From Leucoraja ocellata (lineage: Eukaryota): a stretch of 64,000 nucleotides of DNA. A program made the translations under genes and the position numbers. Of the stretch, positions 1-13,315 are shown piece after piece (positions within the stretch are counted from its first letter, which is position 1; every line of letters begins with the position of its first letter). Location: contig JAWMAR010000070.1 of assembly GCA_036785375.1 (NCBI GenBank), forward strand, positions 4,712,001-4,776,000, read 5' to 3'. A model generated the notes under the pieces. It saw only the letters and a program-made list of their open reading frames with translations, did no database searches and was not told the origin of the DNA.

Positions 1-289
1 TGGCGTGCACAGCCTAAAGTTGTCAGACTACTTGTTCAATTTGATCTTATTTGAATTTGCAAGTCGGGTTGATTGCATTAGTCGAAACAGGGTGGACCAC
101 GCGAAGGTTGCAATCCCCCACCCAAGGCTTCTATGATTCATTCTGTCACCAGCCCCATGCTATTGCTATAAATATACTTACTGTAACGAATGGTAATTTC
201 GAAACTCAAGCAGAGCTGTGCAAAGATACAAAATAGGAACAATATCACAAGTTCCACTGGAATCATTATTTGCTTTCAAAACGTACACT

Positions 290-329
290 ATGGACTTTGT
301 ATTTCTTTATTTCATGATCACCATTTCGG
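290..329 (+). CDS. Gene A (CD300/pIgR-like receptor) exon 1, signal peptide MDFVFLYFMITIS
   Basis: ATG at 290, hydrophobic 13 codons plus G, then GTAAGT donor (phase 1). It joins in frame to the V exon at 2548 and is 40 nt long, like the gene B leader. Confidence 0.8.
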
Positions 330-456
330 GTAAGTGCCTGCAATTGCTGTTGGCTGCATATCGGTACATGATAATAGATAGATTAGGTTTCAGTGGAATT
401 AAGGATGATTGGGAGAGGTTGGCTTGCCTAATGATAAGATTGTTCACATCAACAGT

Positions 457-728
457 GGGGCGACACGGTGGCGCAGCGGTAGAGTTGCTGCCTTACAGCA
501 CCAGAGATCCGGGTTCAATCCTGACTATGGTTGCGGTCTGTATGGATTTTGTACGTTCTCCTCGTGACTCCAAAGATGTACATATTTATGTCATTTGGCT
601 TGGTATAATTGTAAATTGTCCGTACTGTGTGTAGGATAGCGCCCGTGTGCTTGATTAGCTGGTCGGCGTGGACTCGGTGGGCTGACGAGCCAGTTTCTGC
701 GCTGTATCTCTAAACTAAACTAAACTAA
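457..728 (+). mobile_element. tRNA-derived V-SINE (HE1-like); representative of more than 20 copies on both strands
   Basis: A-box GGTGGCGCAGCGGTAG, B-box GGTTCAATCC, V-domain-like core and (CTAAA)n tail. Other copies at about 5104, 6413, 8377(-), 13109, 20366, 23290, 23797, 29127, 29628, 33065(-), 36671(-), 37254(-), 37748, 41410(-), 48798(-), 49867, 56530(-), 57301(-), 61570(-) and 63375. Confidence 0.85.
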
Positions 729-1906
729 GTTTGCTTGTATGGATGTGAAATCATACAGTCTCCATTATCCAACCTCTCTATCTGCAATGTATATTGTTCA
801 CAGAAGATCAAACATACCCAACTGGATGATCCAATCTGAGTGTCCGACCCCTCTTTGTACTTGTGGGAGGTTGATGCACACAAGTCGGTCCTCTTGCCTC
901 CTACCTTACGATAGTGACTGCATCAAAAATCTCATGATTGTCTGCAAATTGTTTGGAAATTCTCTGACGATGTTTCAAGTCATCCTTGTTTCCTTCTACT
1001 TTGTGCAGCATCTGTTCGTGATAGATTGCTTTGAATTTTCTTTCCAAATAAATAAAGCCATTTTAAGCATTTTAATTCTGAGCACACTTATCCGTTTTCT
1101 ATGCTTTTTAAATTGATTTCGGATTCACTAACTGGGCTGGATGCCAACCCAAACATGTCGCTTATCCTTCTCCACAGATGCTGCCTAACCCGTTGAGTTA
1201 CTCCAGTGCTTCATGTCCTGTTCTGAGCCATATTGTGTCAGTATAAGGATGGTTAGGTGATTGGGGAAAATACAAGTGCAATATGACATGAAGAATTGTG
1301 AAATTATCTATCTTGACATGAAGCAAGGAAGAGCAGGATATTTTTTAAGAGCTGCCAGCGTGGTTACAATTTGGCATTCCTTGCAATCCCGCTGTCCCGT
1401 TTGTGAAACCGTTTCAATTATGTGAGGAGTTCAGGAAGTGAAAAATAAGTACTTAAAGCAATGTATATATATCTTGGGATGAAGTAAGGACAAAATATTT
1501 TATTCAGCATGAAATTATGATCTGCCAGTTTCACATTTAAACAATCAAATGAAACAGGTGTATCTTCCCGAGAGTAGGTGAATTGTGCACCAGAGGACAT
1601 AGGTTTCAGGTCAAGGGGAAAAGATTTAATCTGAATTTGAGGGGTGACTTTTTAATACATAGGGTGGTGGGTGTATGGAACAAGTTGCCAGAGGAGGTAG
1701 TTGAGGCTGGGACTATCCCAACGTTCCAGAAACATAGTCAGGTGCATGGATAGGACATGTTTGGAGGGATATTGCCAAACATGGGCAGTTGGGATTAGTG
1801 TAACTGGGACATTGGGCCAGTGTAGGCAAGTTGGGCCGAAAGGCCTATTTTCATGCTATCACTCCATGCCTATGTTGGGTGAATTAGAATTTGGTGAGAG
1901 TTAGGA

Positions 1907-2220
1907 CATTGGAAAAGCAGCCAACATAACCAAACACTTGTCTCACCCTAGTCATTCCTTTTTCCTGTTCCCATCCAGCAGAACGTACATAAGCTTGAAA
2001 GAATGCATCACCAGACTCAGGAACATCTTTCCCACTGTAATCAAGCTGTAGAACGGTCCTTCCATAAGCTAGGGTACTATCCTATTCACCTCTATCCCAA
2101 TGCAGACATTGTACTTTGTCTATGAAACTGATGCACTACAATGCTTAGAACTATTCTGCACTCTGTATCTTCCCCTTTGCTCTATTTATTGTACCAGTAG
2201 GATGATTGCATTTATGTTAT
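1907..2220 (+). mobile_element. Rex1/Babar-like LINE 3' fragment
   Basis: Degenerate SHP.HS.F...PS.R.Y.SLK..TRL.N coding remnant; similar copies at 28460-28980(-) and 53860-54340(+). Confidence 0.6.
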
Positions 2221-2547
2221 GTTTAGTTTAGTGTAATTTAGTTTAGTTTATTATGGTCACATGTACCGAGATACAGTGAAAAGCTTTTTGTTGCGTGCTA
2301 TCCAGTCAGCCAATAGACTATACATGATTACAATTAAGTCATCCACAGTGTACACATACAGGATAAAGGAAATAACATTTAGTGCTTGGATTGCAGGCAA
2401 AACAAAGCTTTCCACTGTACCATGGTACACTTGACAATAATGGACCTAAACATGGAGCAAATGTTTGAAAGTCCTTTAGTTCTCTAGTTATTAATCTGCC
2501 ACAAATATTATGTTTTAATATGCATTTTATATTTTCACACTGAACAG

Positions 2548-2880
2548 TTACAAATGCTGCTCTAAGTGGACCACGTGCAGTAAATGGAACAGAGGGGCAA
2601 TCAGTCCATATCACATGTACATATAATCGATATTTCAGCCACTTCCCAAAGTACTGGTGCAAAGGCGGTGACTGGATGAGATGTACCATTCTGGTACAAA
2701 CCGTTGGCCATAACAAGACAACGTCTGATGGCAGAATATCCATTACAGATGATACCAAAGTCGGGGAGTTCTCAGTCACCATGGAAAATCTCACCCTGAA
2801 TGATGAAGGGTGGTATTGGTGTGCGATTAGGAGAATTGTCATTGACCTGCGAAGTCGTGTGAAACTTAATATCATTGAAA
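2548..2880 (+). CDS. Gene A exon 2, CD300/pIgR-type V-set Ig domain
   Basis: AACAG acceptor and A|GTAAGG donor, 333 nt, phase 1-1. Translation VTNAALSGP...VHITCTY...KYWCKGGDWMRC...DGRISITDD...FSVTMENLTLNDEGWYWC...VKLNIIE has the B- and F-strand Cys, DxGxYxC, and the extra KYWC-x7-C pair typical of CD300/pIgR/TREM. Confidence 0.93.
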
Positions 2881-3569
2881 GTAAGGCTTGAATATACTTT
2901 TGTAAACGTCAATGCTCTTACATAGTCTGCTGTGTGAATTATTATATAGTTTGCGGTTTACATAGCTTTTAACAGAATTATTATTCTAGAAAGAAATTAA
3001 GATATTTTCTGTTGGAACATTAATTTTTAACTATGTTAATCTTAATTGTAATTTAACCGTTAAATTTTAATTTAATTTAACCTGTAATTTAAGTTTTCAT
3101 TTAATTTAATTTCAGTTCAACAGGAACATGGATAGAATAGGTTTGGAGGGATACGGGCCACCGCAGACAGCTGTGACTAGGGTAGCTGGGACATGTTGTG
3201 GGCAAGTTGGGCCGAAGGGCCTATTACTACGCTGTTTGACTCGTCCATGGCTCTATGGCTCTAATTTAAATGTTAACCTAGTCATTGTACTAGTTTCACT
3301 GCCATCCTGGAGAGTTTCTCTCTGTATAACTCATTTACACCTAGCTCACAGCTATCAATAGCCTGTCTCCTTGATCATCGTTACTGTTTTGCATATCTTT
3401 CATTCATTTGTTCTATATCTCTCTATATCACTGTCTATCTCTCATTTCCCTTTCCCCTGACACTCAGTCTGAAAAAAGGTCTTGACCCGAAATGTCACCT
3501 ATTCATTTTCTCCGGAGATGCTGCCTGACCCCGCTGGGTTACTCCAGCTCTCTGTGTCGATCTTTCTAA

Positions 3570-4437
3570 ACCTCGTCAAAAACCTTGGTGTGATATTTGA
3601 CTCAGCGTAGAAATTTGACAAACAAGTCAATGCTGTGGTAAAAGCTAGCTTCTTCCAGGTTCGGACGATAGCTAAAATAAAACAATTCCTCCATTTTGGC
3701 CTTGAGGTCCAAACGAAACGGCATTTCGTTTGGACCTCAAGGGGTCCAAATGACAATTAAATTGAATCTTGAATCTTGAATTTTGACGACCTCGAAAAGA
3801 TCATCCACACATTTATCTCCTCCTGCCTCAATTACTGCAACTCCCTTTACACTGGCATCAGCCTATCTTCCCTGTCCCGCCTGCAACTGGTCCAAAACGC
3901 CGCAGAGAGACTCCTGACGTGCACACGAAAAAGGGACCACTTCACCCCGATTCTGGCCTCTCTCCACTGGCTCCCTGTGCGGTACCGAATAAATTTCAAG
4001 ATCCTTCTTTATGTTTACAAAGCCCTTAACGGGCTTGCCCCCACCTACATCAAAAGTCTTCTTACCCACCACACCACCTCCAGGTCCCTCAGATCAGCCG
4101 ACTTAGGGTTACTGACCATCCCGCAGTCTAGGCATAAGCTCAGGGGTGACCGCGCCATTGCGGTTGCAGCTCCTAGACTGTGGAACAGCAGCATCCCTCT
4201 TCCCATCAGAACTGCCCCCTCCATCGACTCAAAAGACTCATCGACTTAAAACTTATCTTTACTCTCAAGCCTTTCTTGACGTCCTCTGAGGGAGGGGTAT
4301 ATGTATGTATTTATGTATGTACTTAATCTATGAACCAATGTTGTATAACGTTAGTACCTCCACCAATGTAAAGCACTTTGGTCAACGAGAGTTGTTTTTT
4401 AAATGTGCTACAGAAATAAAAGTGACTTGACTTGACT
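3570..4437 (+). mobile_element. L2 LINE 3' fragment (ORF2 C-terminus and tail)
   Basis: ORF 3776-4249 reads LNYCNSLY...LQLVQNAAERLL...HFTPILASLHWLPVRYRINFKILL...APRLWN; tail GTAAAGCACTTTG...AATAAA(GACTT)n. Confidence 0.9.
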
Positions 4438-4606
4438 TAACTTCATATTAAACCAGCATCTGCAGTTCCTACCTACACAGTACATTTTAACTTTTTGTTT
4501 GTGAACAAATTGATGGGCAAACATGTTATAGACATTTACCTGCACTACTAGCCAGCAGTAATTGACCTCAATTTTAACAAGTCATCATTTACTTTTTCAA
4601 TCACAG

Positions 4607-4631
4607 ATCCGTCAACATCAAAGGATATCTG
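4607..4631 (+). CDS. Gene A exon 3, 25-nt stalk micro-exon (NPSTSKDI)
   Basis: TTTTTCAATCACAG acceptor and TG|GTAAAG donor. Phase 1-2 exactly bridges the V and TM exons, as in genes B and C. Confidence 0.7.
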
Positions 4632-5473
4632 GTAAAGACTAAATCTTTATAAAGTTATATCTTCTGAATACTTACCCTATATCTGCATAGCTATTGTGAT
4701 GAATACTTCTGTACAAGGGGTTATCACTGCTTCTTGGTGGTTTCACTGGTCAATGTTTGTCTAGAAAGTTGGGGGAGAATGTGGAGAATGAAGGATTATT
4801 TATTTACGGTTTCAGAATCAAGGGGAATATTATAGAACATGTAAAAGTGTACAATATGTGGCAGAGAATCAAGATGTTGGATTGCACTTTAGTTCAGATT
4901 AGTGATACAACGTGAAATTGATCCCTTGGCAACAAATGATCACCTGTATCCTTGTTCCATCCTATACCCAGTGGACCATTTACAGAAGTCTGAAGAAGTG
5001 GCCTGGCCCCAAATATTACCCATCTCTGAACTCCAGAGATGCTCCCTGACCCGCTGAGTTACTCCAGCACTTTGTGTCCCCAACAGTCTTGCCCAAGTAA
5101 ATATGGGCAGCACTGTGGCGCAGCGGTAGAGTTGCTGCCTTACACAACCTGGGTTCGATCCTAACTACGGGTGCTGTCTGTACGGAGTTTGTACGTTCTC
5201 CCGTGACCGCGTGGGTTTCCTCCGAGATCTTCAGTTTCCTCCCACACTCCAAAGACGTACAGGTATGTAGGTAAATTGGCTTGGTGTAAATGTAAATTGT
5301 CCCTACTGTGTGTAGGATAGTTAATAAGCGGGGATCATTGGTCGGCGCAGACTCGGTGGGCCGAAGGGCCAGTTTCTGCACGGTATCTATATTGCTACAA
5401 ATAATCGGACGCACATCCACCTGTACTCTTATTAAACGCCTTTGATTAAACTGTTTTGACTCTTTCCTCTTAG

Positions 5474-5570
5474 GAAACATAATACTAACTACAATTTCAT
5501 ATGGAGCATTTTGCGTTGGATATTCTTTGCCATTCTGCTTGTCTGGGGTATCGTGACCACGAGAATGTAG
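5474..5570 (+). CDS. Gene A exon 4, Arg-containing TM and stop (WKHNTNYNFIWSILRWIFFAILLVWGIVTTRM*)
   Basis: TCTTTCCTCTTAG acceptor, hydrophobic helix with an internal Arg, TAG at 5568-5570. The exon continues to a CAG|GTAAGA donor at 5583. Confidence 0.82.
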
Positions 5571-6965
5571 GCAAAGAAAACAGGTAAGATTTATTTTATT
5601 CACCCCTTTCTGCATCTTTAAATGCAACATTGACAACACATTGGAGTAACTCAGCAGGTCAGGCAGCATCTGTGGAGGAGATGGATAGGGGATGTTACAG
5701 GTCAGGACCTTCCTTCAGACAGATGAGGGAACACCTTGCTGGGAATTAAGTTAGTAAGTTCATGTGATGAGAGTAGAATTAGGCCCATTCGGCCCATCAT
5801 GCCTACTCCGCAATTCGATCAAGGCTGATCTATCTCCCCCTCCTAACCACATTCTCCTGCCTTCTCCCCATAACCCGACACCTGGATGTAATAGCAATCT
5901 CTGCAAGGGTAAAGCTGTTGCCTCACAAGCCAGAAACCTGGGATTGATCCTGAGCTCAGGTGCTCTCTGTGTGGAGTTTGCACGTTCTCCCTGTGATTAC
6001 GTGGGTTTTCTCCTGGTGCTCTGATTTCTACCTCCCCCCCCTCATATCCTCAATCTTTCCCTCTTAAACCCATTCTCCTACCTTCTGCCCATTACCCCTG
6101 GCACCTTTTATAACAATTTTTCAGAATTAATAAAAAATTAAGTGTCCTTTCCTCCTTTCCAGTCCATCATGTCAGGCGATAGCAAGGAATATCCAGCAGA
6201 GATTGACAGGTTCTTGATTAGTACAGGGGTCAAAGTCCACGCGGAGAAGGCAAGAGAATGGGGTTGAGAGGGAAAGATAGATTATTCATGACTGAATGGC
6301 AGAGTAGACTCGATGGACCAAATGGCCTAATTCTGCTCCTATAACTTACGAACATAAACTTTCTTTAGGATAAGCCTGCATCTGCAGTTCTTTGTAGTTA
6401 CATATTCCTTGTAGGGTGCCATGGTGACGCAGCGGTAGAGATGCTGCCTCACAGCACCAGAGACCCGGGTTTGATCCTGACTATGGGTGCCGTCCGTACG
6501 GAGTTCGCCCCGTGCGTGACCTGTGTTGGTTTTCTCCGGCAGCTCCGGTTTCCTCCCACACTCCAAAATGCAGGATGATAGACTACTTGTCTTGGTAAAA
6601 TTGTACATTGTCCCTAGTGTGTGTAGGATAGCGTTAGTGCACCGGGATCGCTGGTCGTCACGGACTGGGTGAGCCGAAGGACCTGTTTCTTAGCTGTATG
6701 TCTAATCTAAACCTAAACATACTGCCAAATCGGTAGTTTGCTTCTCTTTTAGACAAGTTCTATCCTACCCACTAGGGACAATGTACGGGAAGTTACAGGT
6801 GACCTGTCGGTTGCCCAACCTGTCGGGGATTCTGGAGTTCTCTGATTTTATTCCTTTTGTTCAGCATGTGTGTATAATGATGATTGCCAAGTACAAATTT
6901 GCAGGACACAAAGACTCAATTCTGTTTTGCAAGATGCAAATTGTCTTTCATTCTTTGCCTTCCAG

Positions 6966-7027
6966 GGCGAGAGTGGTCTGTTACTCTGCACCACTGCCCC
7001 ATAACTCATCAGCTCTTTCAACACTGA
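6966..7027 (+). other. Candidate gene A downstream exon (3' UTR, or relic cytoplasmic exon GREWSVTLHHCPITHQLFQH*)
   Basis: Strong pyrimidine tract TCTTTCATTCTTTGCCTTCCAG followed by non-repeat sequence; open in the phase set by the 5583 donor. Confidence 0.35.
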
Positions 7028-7439
7028 AAACCATCCAGTGAACTGAAGAACAAGGACTATCCTCAATGTATTCCTGTTTATCACATACACACCATCGACT
7101 GGCCGACTGATCTGATGTAAATACTGTGCTCTCAAAGCATTAGTTCCCTTACAAGGACTCTGCTCCCCAATAGAAGGGGAATTTGTTTTCTCCAGTTTTT
7201 AGTTTATTGTCACATGTACCGAGGTATAAGGACATAAGTGATAGGAGCCAAATTATGCCATTCAGCCCATCAAGTCTACTCCGCCATTCAATCATGGCTG
7301 ATCCATCTCTCCCTCCTTACCCCGTTCTCCTGCCTACTCCCCATAACCTCTGACACCGAAGAATCTATCTATCTCTGCCATAAAAACACCCATTAACTTG
7401 ACCTCCACAGCCTTCTGCAGCAAAGTATTACACAGAGTC

Positions 7440-7970
7440 ACCACCGAGCGGGCGACAGCATCCTTTGCCAAGGATCGCCAGTGTTGGAGCTCCGACTGCG
7501 GGATGGAGCAACGGTCTGCGGAGCTTCTAGCCGCGGCTGCGGCGCGGTCTTTAACATCGCGGAGCTGTGACCCTTTGCCAAGGATCGCCAATATTAGAGC
7601 TCTGACCGCCGGGCCTGTGGATTATAACATCGTGAAGCCGCAAGAAGCGGCTGATTCAGGAACTCCAAGCCACGGAGTGTGTTCCGATCCGTTCCGACAT
7701 CGGAGCTTCGATCATCCCGACGAGAGGGCCTGAACATCTGTAGCAGCGACTGCGGAGGGTTCAAGGCCCCCGACCACGGGTGAATAAAGGAGGAAGATGA
7801 CCAAACTTTATTGCCTTCCATCAGTGAAGAATGATGATTCCACTGTGGTGGAAGTTCATGTTAAATTCTATTATGTATGGTGTTCATTTTACTTGTATGG
7901 CTGTATGTTAACTCAAATATCGCTGTTCCTTAATTGGTGCATGTGACAATAAATGTGAACTTGAACTTGA
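7440..7970 (+). mobile_element. GC-rich non-autonomous retroelement, 5'-truncated, with Rex1-like tail
   Basis: GC-rich body, TGCCTTCC...CAGTG/CACTGTG core, and GACAATAAA(TGAACT)n tail. Confidence 0.55.
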
Positions 7971-10879
7971 ATAATCTCTGTTAAGCCCATGACTGCAGAC
8001 TGCTAAGCAGAAAGGGGGGGGGGGGAAATCTGCCTCTAAAGAAAAGCCAGTGGTTCAAACTGGTCACCGAGTGATCTTACTTCAATAATATCTACCCACT
8101 GCAAGCTTGTTCAACGAGAACCTCAAAGTTTGTTCCAGCTGGCCTCCGTTGCCTAAAATGTCTCGAAACGGTTGAAGTTCCTCATCTTGTGCTTCACTTT
8201 GGTTGCAATGAATGCGGGAGGAACTTTGTCACGGCCGTGCCAGTCCCAGCGACTTCTTCCTCCATTACATATGTGCTGAAGTGTAAAGCTTCACACTGAG
8301 TGTTATTTTCTGGACTGAGAATGTTCACGTTTGTTCATAACAGTGATAGCTATGACTAACTTTTACAGAAGAGGAGTTTAGTTTAGTTTAGTTCAGTTCA
8401 GTTTCGAGATACAGCATGGCAGCAGGCTTTTCGGCCACCTAGTCCGCACTAACCAGCGATCCCCACACATTAGCACTATCCTACACACACTAGGGATAAT
8501 TTACAATTATACCAAGACAATTACCATACAAACCTGTACGCCTTTGGAGTGTGGGAGGAAGCCGGAGATCCCGGAGAAAACTCACACTGGTCACGGGGAG
8601 AACGTACAAATTCTGTACGGACAGCACCCATAGTCAAGATCAAACACGGATCTCTGGCACTGCGAGGAACAAACTCTACCACTGTGCCATTGTGAGACCC
8701 TGTGTAATTTCGAGCATTAAACCTTTAGTGTTTTTCCTGATTGCTTGCGACACAGTAATGTCAATTCCCCTGAGAATTCTCCAATATTCCAGCAGAGATG
8801 TGAGGAGATTCACACAGAATTACATGAAATAGGGAACTATTTATGATTGTCACGTAGCATTAACAGCTGGGTTGGTTATTTTGGGCAGTCAATAACCAAT
8901 TTCTCATTCTTTGAACCAAAGATCAGAAACTATTTTGTGTACTCAGCTCAAGTTGCCAATGTACAATGCAGGTTGCTAACGCTCACAGTCAGGAACTAGT
9001 TTAGTTTAGTCGAGAGATAAAGCATGGAAACAGGCCCTTCGGCCCATCAAGTCCGTATCAACCATTGATCACCATTCACACGTTAGATGTTACCCCACTT
9101 TCCCATCCACTCTCTACTGAGGCCAATTAACCTACAAACCTGTACGTCTTTGGGAAGTGGGAGGTCGGAGCACCCGGAGGAAACCTAGGGGGTCAACCTG
9201 CAAACTCCACACAATCAGCACCCCAGGTCAGGATCAAACCCGGGTCTCCTGGTGCTTTGAGGCAATTAACTTCACAATTATGCATGAACGCAACATTTTA
9301 TTTGCACCTTATTTGGTCTTGGTTTAATGAAAGCCAGCCATGTTTGCAAAATTACTTGTTTATCAATAAAGCAGTCTCTGAATTCTCGTGATTTAAAAAA
9401 AAAAGGAAACGTGGTATAAACTATTTTGTGGAAAAATTCACCACACTCATGAGATTTTTTTTTTTAAACTGTCATCACTTCTGCACACTACTTTCTAAAA
9501 CTATTGCAGACATGGGGAAACCTGAACTTCCTCACCGTCTGCATTTATTTACTCATTTGGGGGTTGTAGTGTTGCTGACAAGGCATGTGCGTATCGCCCA
9601 TTCCTTACTGCCCTTGTTGAAGTGGCTGTTAGCTGCCTCGTTGAACCATTGCTATCCTGGCAAAGGTTCCATCACAATTGGGGAGTGTGTTCCAGACTCA
9701 GACACAGCCAATAATATATTTTGAAATCAATATGGTGCGTGACTGGAACTGATGAGTTGGAAGCATGACTTGATGACTCAGAGCATAAGAAATAGAAGCA
9801 GGGGTTAGTCATTCAATGCTCAATTTCGCTTTAACACTAATGGCACTTACATAAACTAGGGTACTGTCAAATTCACCTCTACCCCATTGTAGACATTGGA
9901 CTTCCTATATGGAACTGATGTGTTACTATGCTGAGAACTATATTCTGCACTCTGTATTTATGCTTAAAGATACCTCACGGAAACAGGCCCTTCGGCCCTC
10001 CGAGTCTGGACTGACCAGTGATCACCCATTCTATCTTGCACAATTCTCTCCTACACACCAATTTACAGAAACCAATTAACCTACAAGCCTGCATGTATTT
10101 GGAATGTGGGAGGATACCTGAGCAAACTGAGAAAACCCATGCGGTCATAGGGCGAACATACAAACTCTATGCAGACAGCACCCATTGTAATCCCAAAGAC
10201 GTGCGAGTTTGTAAGTTGAAGATAGATATAAAGTGTTGGAGTAACTCAATGAGTCAGGCAACATCTCTCAGAGATTCTCTGGAGTGAAAGGTTGGGAGAC
10301 GTTTCAACTTGGGCCCATTCTTCAAACGGGGTGTGAAGGGTCCAGAACTGAAACGTCACCCATCCTTTTTCACCAGAAATGATGTATAACCATTGAGTTA
10401 CTCCAGCACCTCACATCTATCTTCAGTATGAACCAGCATCTGCGATTCCTTTCTACACAGGTTTTTAAGTTAAGTAGCTTCTGAAAATTGCCCTTAGTGT
10501 GGATGGAACTAGTATACGGCGGAGCGCTGGTCAGTATGGACTCAGTGGGTCGACAGGCTCATTTCCACACTGCATCTCTAAACTAGGCTTCACGGCTACC
10601 ACTGCTGATGTTGCTTTTGTATTCCTGGAATTTAATGAACAATTGTCCAGTTGCTTTGCTAGATTTCATCTTCCATTCACAAATCATTGTTCCAGGTCAA
10701 CATGTATCCAATTCAGCAATGTAACTACTCTGATACAGTACGCACTTTTAAACAGTAACTGAGCAATGGGGATCATGGGCGACTGACAATAGTGTTGAAC
10801 CAGCCAGCTTCCACCTGGTCCTTCCAGGTGGTGGTATCAGTTGGACCGAGCTACACTTGAAGAAGCTCAGACCAACTTA

Positions 10880-11700
10880 AGGACGAAGGACATTTATTGC
10901 CACATTCGCCATTTCTGGCGTAATAAAATTTGAGTTGCCATTTGCAGCACACCAATAAAAGTAAGACACCATATTAAAAAGAATTGAACATACAACATAA
11001 AAACATCCCTCTACAATGGTTTCCACTGTGAGGGAAGGCACAAAGTCCAGTTCTCTTCCCCTTGTTCACCCGTGGTCGGGCCTATTGAGGCCTCCGCAGT
11101 AGCCGCAACAGCGGTCCGATGTTACAGGCCCTCTCGCCGGATGATGGGGCGTCGGGAGAACACTCTTCAGCGGCTTGGAGTGTCTGGAACTGGAGCTTGC
11201 TGCCAGAGACCACGGCTCCCGAAGTCCACATGGCTCGCTGGTCGGAGCTCCGACACTGGCGATCTCGGCGAGAGTTCCCATGCTCCGCGGTGTTTCAAGT
11301 CAGCGCCACCCGCAGCTGTAATCTCTGCAATGACAACTTTGCGATGTTGGCAGTTGGCGGTCTCAGCACTCCGGAGCCCATCGCACGGCGACCCAGGCAA
11401 GGCATCGCCCGCTCCACGATGGCGTTCCAGCGCTGTGCCACCTCCGCCGAAGCCCTGTCCGGTCCCGGCAGGAAACGCCGCTCCAGTCCCATTGATAGGC
11501 CGCGAGGAAGGGGTGAAGATACAGCCCGCAGGAAAGCCGCATCTCCAACCAGGTAGGGACTGAGAGAAAATAGTTTCCCCCTCCCCCCCACATAAAAAGG
11601 TTAGACCTTCAAACGAACTTTTAACATACTAAAAAAAATTTAAAAGGGTGAAAGGACCGACAGCTGCAGGCAGGTCTGCCATCCTCGACTGCGCCCCCTC
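10880..11700 (-). mobile_element. GC-rich non-autonomous retroelement (family copy)
   Basis: Homologous to 42161-43080 and 52768-53745 (shared GGAGCGGGCGATGCCTTGCCTGGGTCGCC and the hairpin core). Confidence 0.7.
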
Positions 11701-13315
11701 GATGCCTTATGAAATTATGATAGGGGTTGAGAGAGGAAAATAGATCAGCCATGATTCAATGGCGGAATAGACTTGATGGGCCAAATGACCTATTTCTGCT
11801 CATATGTCTTAGGGTCAATGGCTATAGCACCAAATGTGGTCTTCATTGTAAGTCCTATCAAAGTTACCGTGCGAGTCCCGAAGTTACAACAGAGTTCTAT
11901 TACTGAGACCCATTGTAAGAAAGAAAAGAAAAGGTTGAGAGGGAATGTAATAAAAAGGATGGTACACAAAAAATCTGGAGAAACTCAGCGGGTGCAGCAG
12001 CATCTATGGAGCGAAGGAAATAGGCAACGTAATAAAAAGGATGTTGGTGTATACCAAAGGTAAACACAAAATGCTGCAGTAACTCAGTGGGACATGCCGT
12101 ATCTCCAGAGAAAATGGATATGTGACCGTTCAGGTTGGGACAGAATCCTAGAATCATACAGCATTGAAACAGGCCCTTTGGCCCAACTTGCCCATGAAAA
12201 CCAACATGTCTCGTCTAGGCTAGTCCCACCTGCCTGTGTTTGGCCTATATTCCGCAAGACCTACCTTAGCCATGTACCAGTCCAAATGATCCTTCCCCAG
12301 GCTGATTGTGGAGGGAGAGGGGACCTGCAACCAAGAAAAGACCAGGATAAACTAGGGCTAGCAATAGATATCTGAACAAGGTTTAGAGGGATATGAGCCA
12401 AATGTGGGCAAATGGGACTAGGTTAGATGGGGCATCTTGGTCAGCATGGGCAAGTTGGGTCAAAGGCCCTGTGCTATATGACTCAATAGGAGTAAGCCAA
12501 ACTGCTTGTAAGTCGGAAATGAACAGGAAGTGCGTGGGAGAGAAGCACATAAATAGCTACAGTATGACGGGAAAGTTCACAGGGGCGGGGTGAGCGGCCA
12601 CCAGCTGGCTTCACTGAGTCCTTAGACTTTTAGACTTTAGAGAAACAACGCGGAAACTGGCCCTTTGGCCCATCGACTCCATGCTGACTAGCAAGCAGGA
12701 GTGTTATCCTACACACGAGGGACAACTTACTATTTTTACCGAAGCCAATTAACCTACAAACCTGTACGTTTTTGGAGTGTGGGAGGAAACCGGAGCACCC
12801 GGAGAAAATTGCCGTGTTAAACTATTCTCCTCTGTCTGCACATGATCTATAGCCATTAGTTCCTTGCAGATCCATGTGCCTCTTAAAAGCCATTCTTGTG
12901 TCTGTCTCCACCACCACTTCTGGCAGTGCATTCAAAGCACCCAACACACTCTGTGGAAAAATTTGTCCCGCACATCGCCTTTGAATTTTCTCCCCTCACC
13001 TTAAAGCTCTTCCCACTAGTCCTTGAAATCTCTACCCTGGGCAAAAAGGTTCTAACCGTCTACCGTATTTCGGCCACTCATAACTATATATACTGCAGTT
13101 CTATCAAGGTGGCACAGTGGTAGAGTTGCTGCCTTACAGTGCCGGGTTCAATGCTGACTGTATTTTCCATATGGAGTTGGTACATTCTCCCCGTGACTGC
13201 GTGAGATTTCACCGGGTGCTCCAGTTTCCTTTCACACTCCAAAGACGTGCAGGTTTGTAGGTGAATTGGCTTTGGTAAAATTATAAATTGTCCCGCATGT
13301 GTGTAGGATAGTGTT

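Noticed and set aside
457-530. tRNA-like A/B boxes in SINE heads as tRNA genes
   Set aside because: No complete cloverleaf, and they run into the V-SINE core and tail.
5016-5669. Longest ORF in the track (217 aa, minus strand)
   Set aside because: It is a chance read-through of a SINE, the antisense of the gene A TM exon and a Penelope terminus; no coherent protein.
6966-7041. VCYSAP as an ITIM in gene A
   Set aside because: Wrong frame for the 5583 donor, lacks the +3 hydrophobic residue, and lies downstream of the stop.
11072-11593. Overlapping GC-rich ORFs (also 42194-42861, 53076-53601 and 18889-19468)
   Set aside because: They arise from stop-poor GC-rich repeats, and frames are not conserved between copies.
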